The position numbers were made by a program, and so were the translations under genes. DNA of 63,746 nucleotides, filler included, from Licmophora abbreviata (taxonomy: Eukaryota): NCBI GenBank assembly GCA_900291995.1. It is 17 parts of 17 records of this genome, joined end to end, with 100 filler letters (N's around TTAATTAATTAA, not from the genome) between each part and the next. Parts side by side here need not be neighbours in the genome. Positions count along the whole stretch, not along the records: positions 1 to 3,061 come from OLMU01003722.1; positions 3,162 to 6,657 come from OLMU01003723.1; positions 6,758 to 10,824 come from OLMU01003724.1; positions 10,925 to 15,973 come from OLMU01003725.1; 13 more parts are not named here. One strand, given 5' to 3'. The notes under the pieces were generated by a model. The model was not told the DNA's origin. It worked only from the letters and a program-made list of their open reading frames with translations, and did not search any database. Shown in pieces: positions 1 through 11,137 of this stretch. Numbering within the stretch: position 1 is the first letter of the stretch; each line of letters begins with the position of its first letter.

Positions 1-7
1 GACATTA

Positions 8-1285
8 CTATTCTTCCTCTTGTGCAGCATCGTCTTCCACGAATACGCGTTTGAGAACTCCGGGGCTATGACGAGAATAGTCCATTACAATCATGCTTGA
101 TCGCCGGAGTCCAAGACCAGCCGGCTGCCTTGGAGGTTTCCATCCTTCGTTCAGGGCATGCGTTAGAGGCGGAATAAAATCCAGCTTCCGCGACACCATT
201 CCTTTCAATTCCAACACGCGACCGTCTACTTGACCACCGTATGCCGCCACACCGAGACTCTCTTCCACAGGACCAGCAATTATGAGCGACGAGCTCAAGT
301 TGACAATATCCACGACCGCAAGAAGCATGGCTGTCAGGTTCTTTTCGCGTTGGACCTCCTGCATTTCGGGAATAAGATCATCCACACGGGCCATGGACGA
401 TTCCGCATCCGTCGTTTCAATTACACCGTATCCAATTGTATACACGGTCTTGGCGTCGTCTGCATCTTGAAATTTGAACTGCTTCATGTCACCATTGACA
501 AGCTGGTAGCTCGTCATCAGGGAAAGCTCGTGCGATTTGGCTCGGAACTGTGCAGCGGCGAGAATATTAACGTCGTTGATCGATAGGTACTGGACCAGCA
601 TGCTCACCATTCTTTCGTCCCATTTCGTGGTGGTCGGTGAGCGAAGGTTCAGTGTATCTGAAAGAATCGCAGACAACAAGAGTCCTGCAATATTCTTGGG
701 TAGAAAACGTTCATGTACGGCATAGGAATGAGTCAAAATACTGCTGACGGACCCCCAGGGACGAATATCGACAACAATAGGACGTTCAGTGATAATGGTG
801 TTGGATTGAAGTGCGTGATGGTCAATGATACCAACAATGTTCTGCATAGGAATAAGTGGATGAAGTTGCGACTGTTGTTGAAAGTCGACTAGACAGACGT
901 CGTTACCAGGATTCTCCCGCAAGAGCTCGTCCACGCTCCCCGGCAGGTCGCAGCCCCAGTGTTCCAGTGCCCATTTCGTTTCACTGTTCACGTCCGAAGC
1001 GCGCGCTGGCCTTCCTCCGTAGAGATAGGCAGCTCCAATCGCACCAGCGATGGAATCCAGGTCCGCCATGAGATGACCGCAAAAGTAGGTTCCCTTCATT
1101 TGCGGTAAAAAGCTCAGGGTCTCTCGATCCCTCTTGGGGACCTTTGTGAGAAACGCGGTGGCTTGATGCCAGGTTTCTTCGTCAGTCACGGCGGCTTCGA
1201 GAGGTGTCTTATCTCGATCGTGGTAGTAGGTTCTGTGTGCGTACGAGGAGTTTCGTCGTCTTGGAAAGAAAGCTCGAATAGACAT
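8..1285 (-). CDS. ppaC: Family II Mn-dependent inorganic pyrophosphatase (DHH/DHHA2)
   Basis: Motifs GHLMADLDSIAG, IIDHH, RPWGSVSSI, SAILSDTLNLRSPTTT, DMKQF and GMVSRK match PpaC. First ATG is at 1285 (MSIRAFF); the ORF track starts upstream at a non-ATG codon. Confidence 0.88.
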   Translation of the reverse strand: MSIRAFFPRRRNSSYAHRTYYHDRDKTPLEAAVTDEETWHQATAFLTKVPKRDRETLSFLPQMKGTYFCGHLMADLDSIAGAIGAAYLYGGRPARASDVNSETKWALEHWGCDLPGSVDELLRENPGNDVCLVDFQQQSQLHPLIPMQNIVGIIDHHALQSNTIITERPIVVDIRPWGSVSSILTHSYAVHERFLPKNIAGLLLSAILSDTLNLRSPTTTKWDERMVSMLVQYLSINDVNILAAAQFRAKSHELSLMTSYQLVNGDMKQFKFQDADDAKTVYTIGYGVIETTDAESSMARVDDLIPEMQEVQREKNLTAMLLAVVDIVNLSSSLIIAGPVEESLGVAAYGGQVDGRVLELKGMVSRKLDFIPPLTHALNEGWKPPRQPAGLGLRRSSMIVMDYSRHSPGVLKRVFVEDDAAQEEE

Positions 1286-1801
1286 CGTTTGCTGCTGAGG
1301 GTGGCCGTGATGAGTGAACGATGCTGTTCCGTGAGCCGTTCGAAACGTCAACTGTACAACTTGTACTGGCCGAACTTCTCTTGCTCTTCTACTGAATTTG
1401 ACAAGCTTTTCTTTCTTCTGAAAAAGTTATTTGGGAAAACTCTGCTCCTTGGGCTATGAAGAGCTGCGGGAGGGAGCAAGCAAGCAGCTTGAGACGTTTA
1501 GCAACACCCTCTTGCATGAAGCCATCAGTCTTCGTGCGTCGTCCTGAATGGGTGTCAACTTGAAACTTCAACTCTTGCGCGGAGGCAAGATCCGACTTCC
1601 GGGTTTTCTATATTCGTGACTGAAGCTGTTTCTCTCCCAGTCACGAGTGAGCTACGAGTATATATGTACGACGTGAGAGATGAGACGATGATGCAGCTCC
1701 ACTCCCTCTGTGGTTGTGTCCAAGGTTGTCCATTTCAGGTCACTGTACCCTGAAAGCTGACAACTTCTCATATGCGCAAGACTTGGGTACTAGGTTTTGC
1801 C

Positions 1802-4247
1802 ATGGTGGAAAAGGTCAGCTGGTCCAAGCTGTCCAAGGCGTGGACCGGAAGATTTTTGGATCCCTCATCCGATCGTTCGGCGGTGGGCGCTGCGCTAACG
1901 CGGACCCTGCCGCTCTTGGAAGATCCCACAGCCGTCCCCTTTGTCTGTCGTTATCGAGCGGATGTCATTGCGCCCTTGACGACTCCCATGATTCATAAAC
2001 TGTCCGAATATTTGGAAACGCACCGGTCGCTAGAGAGCATTCGTCGACGCATCTTGGAAAAACTGCCAGCGGAGGACACTGAATCTCGAGTTCGAGCTGA
2101 AACCAGTATTTCCAAAACCGAAATGGACGATCTGTATGCACCCTACAAACCGCCTGCAGCAGGCTCCTTGGAGGATCGCATAGGGAAACAGAATCCAAAA
2201 CTCATCGAAGCGGCGGATGAATTCTGGAGTAAAGGCAAGACTGTGTTGAGTCTTGAGCCACACGATGATGCTGTGACACTGCTTGCCAACCGCATTGCGA
2301 GTGATCCAGCGACTATTGATGCCTGCCAGGAGTGTATTAACTGGTGGTGTTCTGTGAAAGTGGGAAGATCGTCGTCCGATGAAGGTGTGGACAGCAACTT
2401 CCAGACTTACCACGACTTTGCATGCCCGGTGAGCCGATTGCGCGATCATCAAGTTTTGGCGATACGGAGAGGAGTAGACAAGAAGGCCTTGAAACTGTCG
2501 TTTGAGATTGATAGTGATCGAGTGGAACGAAAGCTTTGGGGGTCGCTTGGGCAGCGAACGAAACAGAGCTCGTCGCTGTGGAAGGATGCAATTCACGACG
2601 CCTGGAGCCGTCTGTTGCGCAAACGATGTACCTCGAGAGCCTGGAAGGCTGCCTGCTCTGTCGCGGACGACCGTGCTGTGGTCGTCTTTTGTGACAATCT
2701 ACGTAAAGCGCTGCTGGCTCCTCCAGCGGTACCTCAAACCCCCGTCCTGGGCTTGGATCCCGGCTTCAAAGCTGGAATTAAGACAGCGGTTCTGGACGCA
2801 AATGGTCAATTAGTATCGGACGGGAGAGCGCTGAGTACAGTTTACTTTACAGGAAATCATAAAAAGGCGAGGGATCATATGGCGGATCTGTTAAAGTTGC
2901 TGAAAGATCAACAAAAATCGGAAGAACGGCTCACTGTTGCCTTGGGGAACGGTCATGGCACCCAGGAAGCACGGCAGCTTGTCCGGGAGGCCTCCGAATC
3001 TTCGGGACTCCCCATTGACATCCATCTTGTGAATGAGGCCGGCGCAAGCGTGTGGAGCGTANNNNNNNNNNNNNNNNNNNNNNNNNNNNNNNNNNNNNNN
3101 NNNNNTTAATTAATTAANNNNNNNNNNNNNNNNNNNNNNNNNNNNNNNNNNNNNNNNNNNNGTGTGGAGCGTAGCAGAGGCTGCTAGTCGCGAATTTCCC
3201 AACCATCAACCTGCATCCATCGCCGCAGTCTCAATCGCTCGGCGCTACCAGAATCCCCTGCATGAGCTAGTGAAGATTCCGCCACGAAGCTTAGGATTAG
3301 GCATGTACCAACACGACTTCTCACAGAAAGTTCTGGATGACAAGCTGCACGTCACCAGCGTCGATGCGGTAGCAGAAGTTGGTGTGGATGCGGACTCCTG
3401 TAGTCTCGAGATACTCGAAAAGGTTCCTGGCATGACGAGAAAGCTTTCGGAACGAATCATCAAGGCAAGGCCTCTGAGCAGCCGGAAGGATCTGCTGAAT
3501 ATCTCGGGTTTAGGACCAAAGACCTTCGAGAACTGTGCTGCTTTTATTCGTGTGCAAGAAAGTGAGGACTATTTGGACAGAACACTGTGCCATCCCGAGT
3601 CGTACCGTCTTGCAAGGTTCTTGTTGCGAAAACTGAAATGGGATGTAGGCGACCCGACATCAGTCGGGACCTTGCCACCCCCAGAAGAACAGAGGACCGT
3701 GTGGCAAGATCTGATCGCCAAGGCCTCTACGCGTTACGACGTCACCGAAGACCGTGTATTGTCCGTCTTGCAGCATTTGATTCAATCGATCACCAAGCCT
3801 GACCCTCGTCTGGAGTCGTCAAACAGTGCAGGTGCGAAAACAACTGTCATTGGTAGTACCGACGGCTGTTCACCTCTGCTTCTTGAGTTATCACGTCTTG
3901 ACGCGCTACGGAAGTCTTGTCCTGTAAGGAATGTTTTGGGGCATGTTCGAAACATCGTGGATTTCGGTTTCTTTGTGGACTTTGGCGGGGAGAACGATGG
4001 CATGGTGCATCGTTCGAAACTTGGAAGCGTGCCCCTTGATTCTCTCCTGGTGGGACAAGAAATCGGTCTTGACATATTGGGCGTCTCCTCTAACGATCGA
4101 GTGACGGTGTCTCTTTCGGGTCTTGGTCTGCCACCAGAAAGTGCCGATAGTCTGTCCAAGCAAGAGAAGAAGAGAACCGAAGGAAACCGACCGACTTCGA
4201 AAGGAAGCACACGACCAGCAAAGCGTCAGAGAAAAACACATAAATAG
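1802..4247 (+). CDS. Tex/YhgF-like (SRBD1) S1 RNA-binding protein, split by the linker at 3062-3161
   Basis: Motifs VPFVCRYR, HQVLAIRRG, YqgF-like LGLDPGFKAGIK, VNEAGASVWSV, ARRYQNPLHELVKIPP, GMYQHD, HhH GLGPKTFENCAAF, HPESY and a C-terminal S1 domain (VRNIVDFGFFVDFG). GTGTGGAGCGTA is present on both sides of the gap. The start could be 1772. Confidence 0.9.
3062..3161. other. Artificial scaffold linker N44-TTAATTAATTAA-N44 (first of 16)
   Basis: Identical 100-bp blocks start at 3062, 6658, 10825, 15974, 19541, 22426, 24703, 26193, 30915, 32130, 37201, 45704, 48840, 53772, 59009 and 62402. The core gives stop codons in all six frames. Confidence 0.98.
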
Positions 4248-4280
4248 ATAGATGCCTCGCTAGTCTTCATTACGCTCTCG

Positions 4281-4961
4281 CTAGTTGTCTTTCGACACTG
4301 GCTTGAAGACATCCTTTGGATCCTTCCCAGGTATTGGTTTCTGCCATTCTTTTCGTTCCTGTATTCTCGCACGATACTCTTGCGCTCCGACGTTCTTCTT
4401 CCCATCGTCATCTTGCAGAAATCGACTCTGCTCTTGCTCTTTCTCTTCTGGCATATGCTTGGCATGATCAAAGTCGTTGGCTCTCATCATGATGGAGATC
4501 ATTTCTTGCTTACGTTCGCGTCGTCGAAAACAAAAGTAGTACGATGGACAGCACACCATCATTGTTGTAAGAAAGCCCACATTGACCGCCAAGTGAGGAT
4601 GAGATCCCATGCGCAAGCGGTGACTGCAAGGGCGCGTGTGTGAGAGAGTGAACGTCACACCTTCATTGACACATAGGAAGAGCATTGAACTTACAGGCTC
4701 ATAGCGGTCCCTGTGGCGATTCCCCACATGGCGCTAGGAAGAGAGAAAGACAAAGAGAGTAATTGAGGACAAGATGAGGCCCACAACAGCACCCTCGACC
4801 ATCGTTACGAGACACACACACCTTTCCCGGACACACCACCGAAACGGCGACTGTCGGACCGACTCTCGAATACCAAACGCTTCCGGAAGAAATCGTGTCC
4901 ACTTTGCGGTTTCTACTGATGCATTGGCATTCTCTGAGGGCGGGGAAGGAGAGGAAGGCAT
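4281..4961 (-). CDS. COX20: COX20-like cytochrome c oxidase assembly protein (3 exons)
   Basis: Exons 4961-4822, 4733-4695 and 4623-4281 with GT-AG introns 4734-4821 and 4624-4694. The spliced product reads CVRESAMWGIATGTAMSLHRLRMGSHPHLAVNVGFLTTMMVCCPSYYFCFRRR, a two-TM Cox20 pattern. Confidence 0.7.
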
Positions 4962-5263
4962 GGTGAGGGGTGATACGAGGACTCAAACAGGAAGTGCCAT
5001 CATCCCCTAGCTTTTCTCTCGACCTGGTAGAGTGAGTTGGTCGCTTCGCGACGCATCCCGCGGCCCGCCGTCGGCGCGCGAGGTTCATAGATCACCGCGC
5101 GGCGGCGACATTGATCGGGTAAGGTGTGTAAGGTAGTCTTTGGTCTACCTGCATCTGTTTGTTTGACTTGACCGTCTCTACGTTTCCATACTCTAAACGT
5201 ATAGAGAAGAAATGAATCGAATCTACAACATACTCTTAAACCAGCGAAACATCATAACCATTC

Positions 5264-7311
5264 TTATTGACTCTTGGATTTCGTACTATTGACGATCCAG
5301 ATCTTGAGAAAGATCCATGAAAGACCGCGATATGCCAAAATGAGCACGCACAGCAGTCCAACATTTCTCCACTTGTTCACGGGGTCAAAGGCATAAGCAC
5401 CGAGTACTGCGTCTCCTAGGGCTCCCTGGGTTCCCCACATGGTGATCATAATACCTTCAAACCCATATCGAACGAACGAAATGTAAGAGATCCAGATGAA
5501 CCACGGGTCGATGGTGTCCACGTTGTAAAAAAAACCTGCAAAGATAACGAGAGGCATCAGCAGCATAGGCCCCAACGCCAGCGCGCTTTGTACACTGCTT
5601 GCAATTGAACCGACAAAGTAGCCAAAACTGATGGCGGCCATCGAAGTCAAGACAATAAACAAGGAGAACTCGAAGAATGTGGCTACGCCGTAGCTTCCGA
5701 AACCGATAAGGAAGTAGTAGATTGTAGAAAACACCATGGGAATCGCAACGTTGAAGCCACCTTCGGCCATGAACCGCGATATCACATAGGCCGATACAGA
5801 GTACGTGTTGGCCGATGACTCCCTCCGAAATACAGGCTTCTCTGCTGGAAAAACCTGTATGACACCAACACTACCCAGGATACCTTGGTTCATAATCGCA
5901 AAGAAGAGAGAACCATTCACAGATTGGATTCGTTCCGTGTCGATGGGAGGTCGACCAATATTCAAATAGACAAGGCCCACAAGGAGAGCCACAAAGATCG
6001 ACTGCGCCAGGCGTAGTCGCCCAAGAGTAGCATCTCGCCTGTATCCAAGCACCGTCCGTCCCATTAGTTCCGTCAGCTGCGTAAACCAAGAAGCAGCAAA
6101 GTTGCTCTTCTTCAACAGCATGTCCACGCGGCTTTGTTTCTGCGTCGTTTCGAGGTGCAGTTCCTGCGTTGCTGGTGCCTGACTCCATGCATCCAAGAGT
6201 TCATCTCTCTCCTCGTTGCTGAGTAGCTTCATGTAGAAATCGGCCGGGTTCGTACGCGCGGGAAGCGGACGACCAATTGAGTTAAAGTATTCAACAGCAT
6301 CTCTGGTCTTGCCCGTATAGGCAGTCCTCCCATTGGAGAGCAGGTGAATGTGAGAAAAGGCAGAGAAGACGTAGGAAGAAGGCTGATGTATAGAGACCAG
6401 CACGGTATGCCCTGTCTCTGCGAGTTGCTTGAGCTTCATGACGACTGTCTCTGCCATGAAACTGTCGAGACCACTAGTTACTTCGTCAGCGAAAATGACA
6501 CTGGGTCTGCTGAGAAGCTCCGTTGCCAGACTGAGCCTCTTCTTCTCGCCGCCAGAGATGCGCCCCTGGATCATCGAGGCTTCCTCGCCAATAGGAGTGT
6601 CGGCACAACTTTCAAGTCCCAGTTCTGCGAGAAGTCCATTGACTGTCCTGGCCCTCTNNNNNNNNNNNNNNNNNNNNNNNNNNNNNNNNNNNNNNNNNNN
6701 NTTAATTAATTAANNNNNNNNNNNNNNNNNNNNNNNNNNNNNNNNNNNNNNNNNNNNAGTTCTGCTAGAAGTCCATTGACTGTCCTGGCCCTCTCATCGT
6801 ATGTCGTATTTTCCATCTTTAGCGTTGCCGTGAAAAGGAGATGCTCTCGCGGCGTGACACTCGGAATGAAGAGGTCCTCTTGCTCGACAAAGCATAGGAC
6901 GCCGCGTGTTGCCATGGAAGGAGGCTGGTCGTTCAAGAGAACAGTGCCTTCGTATCCGGACACACGACCAGTGAGTACTTTGAGGAGCGTGGTCTTGCCA
7001 GAACCGCTGGGCCCGATCACTGCCACTAAATCACCAGGTTCTGCCTTTCCTGCAGCGTCTTGGAGGAGGAGTCTGGGTTCCTTTGTCTTGAAGTCCTCCA
7101 CTGATACGGAAAGATCGTAACGGAGACTGACGGGCTGAGGAGGATCCAGTGGCTCTATGGACTGTTCAATATCGATGACCATGGTGCTGGAATCTCCAGT
7201 TGGACTGTCCCGGTCGGTTTTCGTTCCAGGCATTCGTACTTCCACTCCCGGGACGCGGCTGCGATTCGAACTGCTCGCGTCACTTCCTCGTGATTGAGGC
7301 GACAGAGACAT
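5264..7311 (-). CDS. ABCG (White-family) half transporter, split by the linker at 6658-6757
   Basis: Walker A GPSGSGKTT, Q-loop FVEQED, signature ISGGEKKR, Walker B IFADE, SIHQPS, NPADF, and an ABC2 membrane domain with EKPVFRRE. The gap flanks overlap. Likely ATG at 7311. Confidence 0.93.
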
Positions 7312-7737
7312 GGCAGCGGATGTTGATGAGACGAGTCGAGTCGATTGCAATGCTGCTGGCGATGATATAAGACACAACGACGAGTGTGCAGAGCGTGGTC
7401 GGTGGTCGATCGTGCGTGTGATTGGGTCGTCGCTGTGGACCGTTTCAATCTTCCCAACGGATGATGCCGTTCTATCATAGCTACCTTCACTTATTGACTC
7501 GATCGGGCGGGCGTGGTTTGGATACACTATGTATTGATTTTTTTATATATGCTTTAGACGATATCAACCCACTCTACTTATCTCGTAAATATACACTTCC
7601 ATAAAGTGTATCACAAACTAGTCTGACGCCAATGACAATCACAGCCGATGCAACAAGGTATGCGGTCAAATCAATCTTGACGACCTGAAATCACATTGCT
7701 GCATCATAGTCTACTTACTAGCTGCATTTCGGCGACC

Positions 7738-8580
7738 ATGTCTCTTCCATCTGGTAGCCGCTGCCTCGTCGTCGGGGCATCCGATCCCGATTCCATTGGT
7801 TACGCCTGTGCCAGGGCCCTGCTCGAGGCAGGCGCCGAGCGTTTGGCTGTCATGGGGCGCGACGCTTCCAAGGTCTCAGAGGCAGTCGGGAGGTTGGAGA
7901 GCGTGACTGCAGGAACGCGAGTCCATGGGGTCGTTGGTGACCTGTATCAGCCAGAAGGAATGAAGGCGGTGGTGGAGAAGACTGTTGCAGCCTTGGGAGG
8001 GTTGGACGTGTTGGTCGTTAGTGGAGGCAACGCTGGCTCCGAGTACTTGGGTCGGGATGCCCAAGACGTGAATGCCTATCGCACCATGTACGATGTGGCG
8101 GTGCTGTCTCCTCTCATGTTGGCCGAAGCGGCGGTAGCAGAGCTATCCAAGTCGCCAGCAGGCGGCAGCATCGTCATGGTCAGCTCCATGGCCGCCCATG
8201 TTCCTTGGCCAGACACTGCTCCCTACAACTATGCCAAAGCGGCGCAGAACAATATGATTGAGACATTGGCGTTCAAGCATCGGACATCCAATGTACGTGT
8301 CAATGGTGTCTTGCCAGCCTGCATTCATACGGGAGCACTGGACCGCATGGCTGCAAAGAAGAACAAGAATGTGGAAGACTATGCTAGACTACGAGGCGAC
8401 GCACATCCCATGGGGCGAACTGGCACTCCTCAGAACGTGGCCAATGCGGTTCTCTTTTTGGCCTCTCCTGCTTCTGGGTTCACGACGGGAGAGTTGGTGA
8501 AAGTTGACGGAGGATTGCATCTTTCCAACTGGTTCAACAAGCCCAGCGTATTGACTGAGTATGTGGGTGGAACAAAGTAG
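7738..8580 (+). CDS. Short-chain dehydrogenase/reductase
   Basis: Motifs GGLDVLVVSGG, IVMVSS, catalytic YNYAK, VRVNGVLP, PMGRTGTPQNVANAVLFLAS and TTGELVKVDGG. Confidence 0.9.
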   Translation: MSLPSGSRCLVVGASDPDSIGYACARALLEAGAERLAVMGRDASKVSEAVGRLESVTAGTRVHGVVGDLYQPEGMKAVVEKTVAALGGLDVLVVSGGNAGSEYLGRDAQDVNAYRTMYDVAVLSPLMLAEAAVAELSKSPAGGSIVMVSSMAAHVPWPDTAPYNYAKAAQNNMIETLAFKHRTSNVRVNGVLPACIHTGALDRMAAKKNKNVEDYARLRGDAHPMGRTGTPQNVANAVLFLASPASGFTTGELVKVDGGLHLSNWFNKPSVLTEYVGGTK

Positions 8581-9200
8581 TTCTAGCTAACATGATGCGT
8601 CGGTCGAGAGTCGACCACACTGCTAATAAATGAAACAACTAAATAAAACTTATAGAACAGAATTTCGAATTGCAATCTGCGAGCACCAAGGTCCCACGGA
8701 AGTGCTCTTCAGACGCAAAGTGTGTATAACCCATGGCGGAGTTCTGACACTGGTAGGAAGTCAGACTCAAGAAGGGCTGCTAATCTTCGAGACATTGAGG
8801 CTTATCATGCTTGATACTCTTGCTCTCATTTTCAAATGTCATCGCGGCAATGTTCAGACTCACCAGGACGATTTCCGTGATTAGGCCCTGCTCAATGTCA
8901 GCATGTCCGTCTACGGCACAACCGACCAAACGAACCCGTCGCATACAACCAAAAACAAAAGATGCAGGCCCCGAGAGACGTCGGGTGCATGTCTTTTCGA
9001 AAGACACCGACCCATGCAAGCAGTCCAACGTTTCATCATCGCATCACGCATGACGCATCACTCGTTTATCGTCGAGCTCTCACATGATCTTTGCCACGGC
9101 GCACCTCGAGACTTACAATACCTACGAACATCTGGGGCGGCGCGGCATCTAGAGCGCACTCACTTCACACTTCCAACCTGCGGAGCCACATCAGGTACCT

Positions 9201-10541
9201 ATGGCGGCCTTGTCGTCGTCGTATCTGGGCCGCCAAGAACGCCTTCTGTCTATGCCGACATCTTTCCGAGTGCTCGTACTTCTGGTGTGCTCAGTCCTGT
9301 ATCTTTCGCTTTGGACTTTACAAGTACAGGTGGCCCAGATCGAAACGAAAGCTCCTATGCTCTCGGTTCATATAAGACGAATCGTCTTGTCGGGAAATAC
9401 GACGCTTCCTTTCGGAGCAAGTCCCTCGAAATCACTGCGGCCTGAACCTATCCGAGGGATCGTAGATGATACTTTTCCTCCTCCTCGTCTGATACGGTTC
9501 GCCGGCGTGGCAGATACAGTCGTCATTGTCTTGACTGCTCGTGAGAATTTTGCTCGGCGACGAACCATTCGAGAAACTTGGGGGCGACAGAATGAGGCTT
9601 CACGAACGGTTCCAGTCTATTTCGTCATCGGTGCACCATGCCTAAAACAGAGTGGGGACCAGTGGAGCTGTGATCAAGATGATTATATGAGCACGAACAT
9701 GAGCTCGCAACAACACAGTCAGGCTGACGAGCTCTTACGCGAACAGTCTCAGCACCAAGACTTGCTCCAGATTTCGAAACCGGACTCGTATCGTGCATTG
9801 CCTTACAAAATTTCAGAAGCATACCAGTGGATTTTCATGAACTATCCGTCGGTGCAATGGGTTGTGAAGACCGATGATGACATGTTTGTGCGACTGAACT
9901 CTTTGTCGTACTATCTACAACAACTCTCGCGACACAGTGCTCACGTACTTATCAAGGACACTGCTCAAACTACTGCAACAAAAGGTTTGACTCCCATGTT
10001 GGTGGGATGTATTCGATACCACAGTTTTGTCTTTGGCAGCGGAAAGTGGGCGGAGGAAGAGTTCAAAGCCAATGAGTACTACCCACCGTACGCGATGGGC
10101 AGTTGTGGCCATGCTGCGTCTCGTCCCATTGTCGACTACATAGCCAGACATCGAACTAGTTTGCATCACTATCAGAATGAAGACACCTCTATTGGAATAT
10201 GGCTGAACGAGTCTACGCTGGATGTTCAATACATCTTGTCGAGTGTGTTTCACAACGAGCGAGCGTGTCAGGACCGAGAGCACTATATCGTGGGACACGG
10301 CCTGACCATGGAGTCAATACGAGAATGCTTTGACACGTATGGTTCACGTCAAGAGTCACCGGAGGAGATTGAGCAACGAGCCATATCGGCCTTGCGTGGA
10401 GACGATATTGTGATTGTGAAGGGCCCAATGGTTAAGGACTCGGATCGATGGCGAGAACACGCAGACCGACGGGTAGCTCAAGGCGCCGCTGGTTTGCGAC
10501 TGGATAACTTTCGACGGGGGTATGGTGGACAAGGGCAATAG
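9201..10541 (+). CDS. GT31 beta-1,3-galactosyltransferase-like type II membrane protein
   Basis: N-terminal TM, RRRTIRETWG, YFVIG, DSYRALPYK, VKTDDDMFV, YPPYAMG and EDTSIGIW. Confidence 0.9.
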   Translation: MAALSSSYLGRQERLLSMPTSFRVLVLLVCSVLYLSLWTLQVQVAQIETKAPMLSVHIRRIVLSGNTTLPFGASPSKSLRPEPIRGIVDDTFPPPRLIRFAGVADTVVIVLTARENFARRRTIRETWGRQNEASRTVPVYFVIGAPCLKQSGDQWSCDQDDYMSTNMSSQQHSQADELLREQSQHQDLLQISKPDSYRALPYKISEAYQWIFMNYPSVQWVVKTDDDMFVRLNSLSYYLQQLSRHSAHVLIKDTAQTTATKGLTPMLVGCIRYHSFVFGSGKWAEEEFKANEYYPPYAMGSCGHAASRPIVDYIARHRTSLHHYQNEDTSIGIWLNESTLDVQYILSSVFHNERACQDREHYIVGHGLTMESIRECFDTYGSRQESPEEIEQRAISALRGDDIVIVKGPMVKDSDRWREHADRRVAQGAAGLRLDNFRRGYGGQGQ

Positions 10542-11137
10542 CGAGTAGAAGGTGGAGTTCTTGTACCTACTGTAGTAGGTGTGATAGGACTACTCTACTG
10601 TCGTACCAGGTACTCTTGTTGGCAGTCTCGGTGATCGAGATCTCGTTGGTGAACGCATGATTGTTTCGTGCGAACAAAGCAAGGCATCCAGGGTGTGTAT
10701 CATACATAACCCGGCTTTACGAATATTCTAGATCTCACGATATTCGTTACGCATTGAGGATATAAAGATATTTAATAAATGATAATTATATCAATGACAT
10801 TCTTTTCGGATGCCAGAAAGCCCGNNNNNNNNNNNNNNNNNNNNNNNNNNNNNNNNNNNNNNNNNNNNTTAATTAATTAANNNNNNNNNNNNNNNNNNNN
10901 NNNNNNNNNNNNNNNNNNNNNNNNACGGATTGAGGATATATACATATTTAATAAATGATAATTATATCAATGACATTCTTTTCAGATGCCAGAAAGCCCG
11001 AAGCTCATCGTGACTCAAAACAGGCCACATTTCCCCGCGCATCGCGGCTCAGAGTATTCACGTGCATCCATCACCCTCACGATCACACTCACCTCCTGTG
11101 TCCACAAAGTCACAGTCAGATCGACAAAGCGAGAACC

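Noticed and set aside
1772..4247. Tex, PPase and SohB as evidence of bacterial contamination
   Set aside because: Neighbouring genes on the same or overlapping contigs have spliceosomal introns, SohB has an intron and a plastid presequence, and Tex has eukaryotic SRBD1 homologs.
8630..9200. Short overlapping ORFs between the SDR and GT31 genes (also 42988-43227 and 22621-22890)
   Set aside because: No recognisable motifs or consistent splice structure; probably UTR or intergenic sequence.
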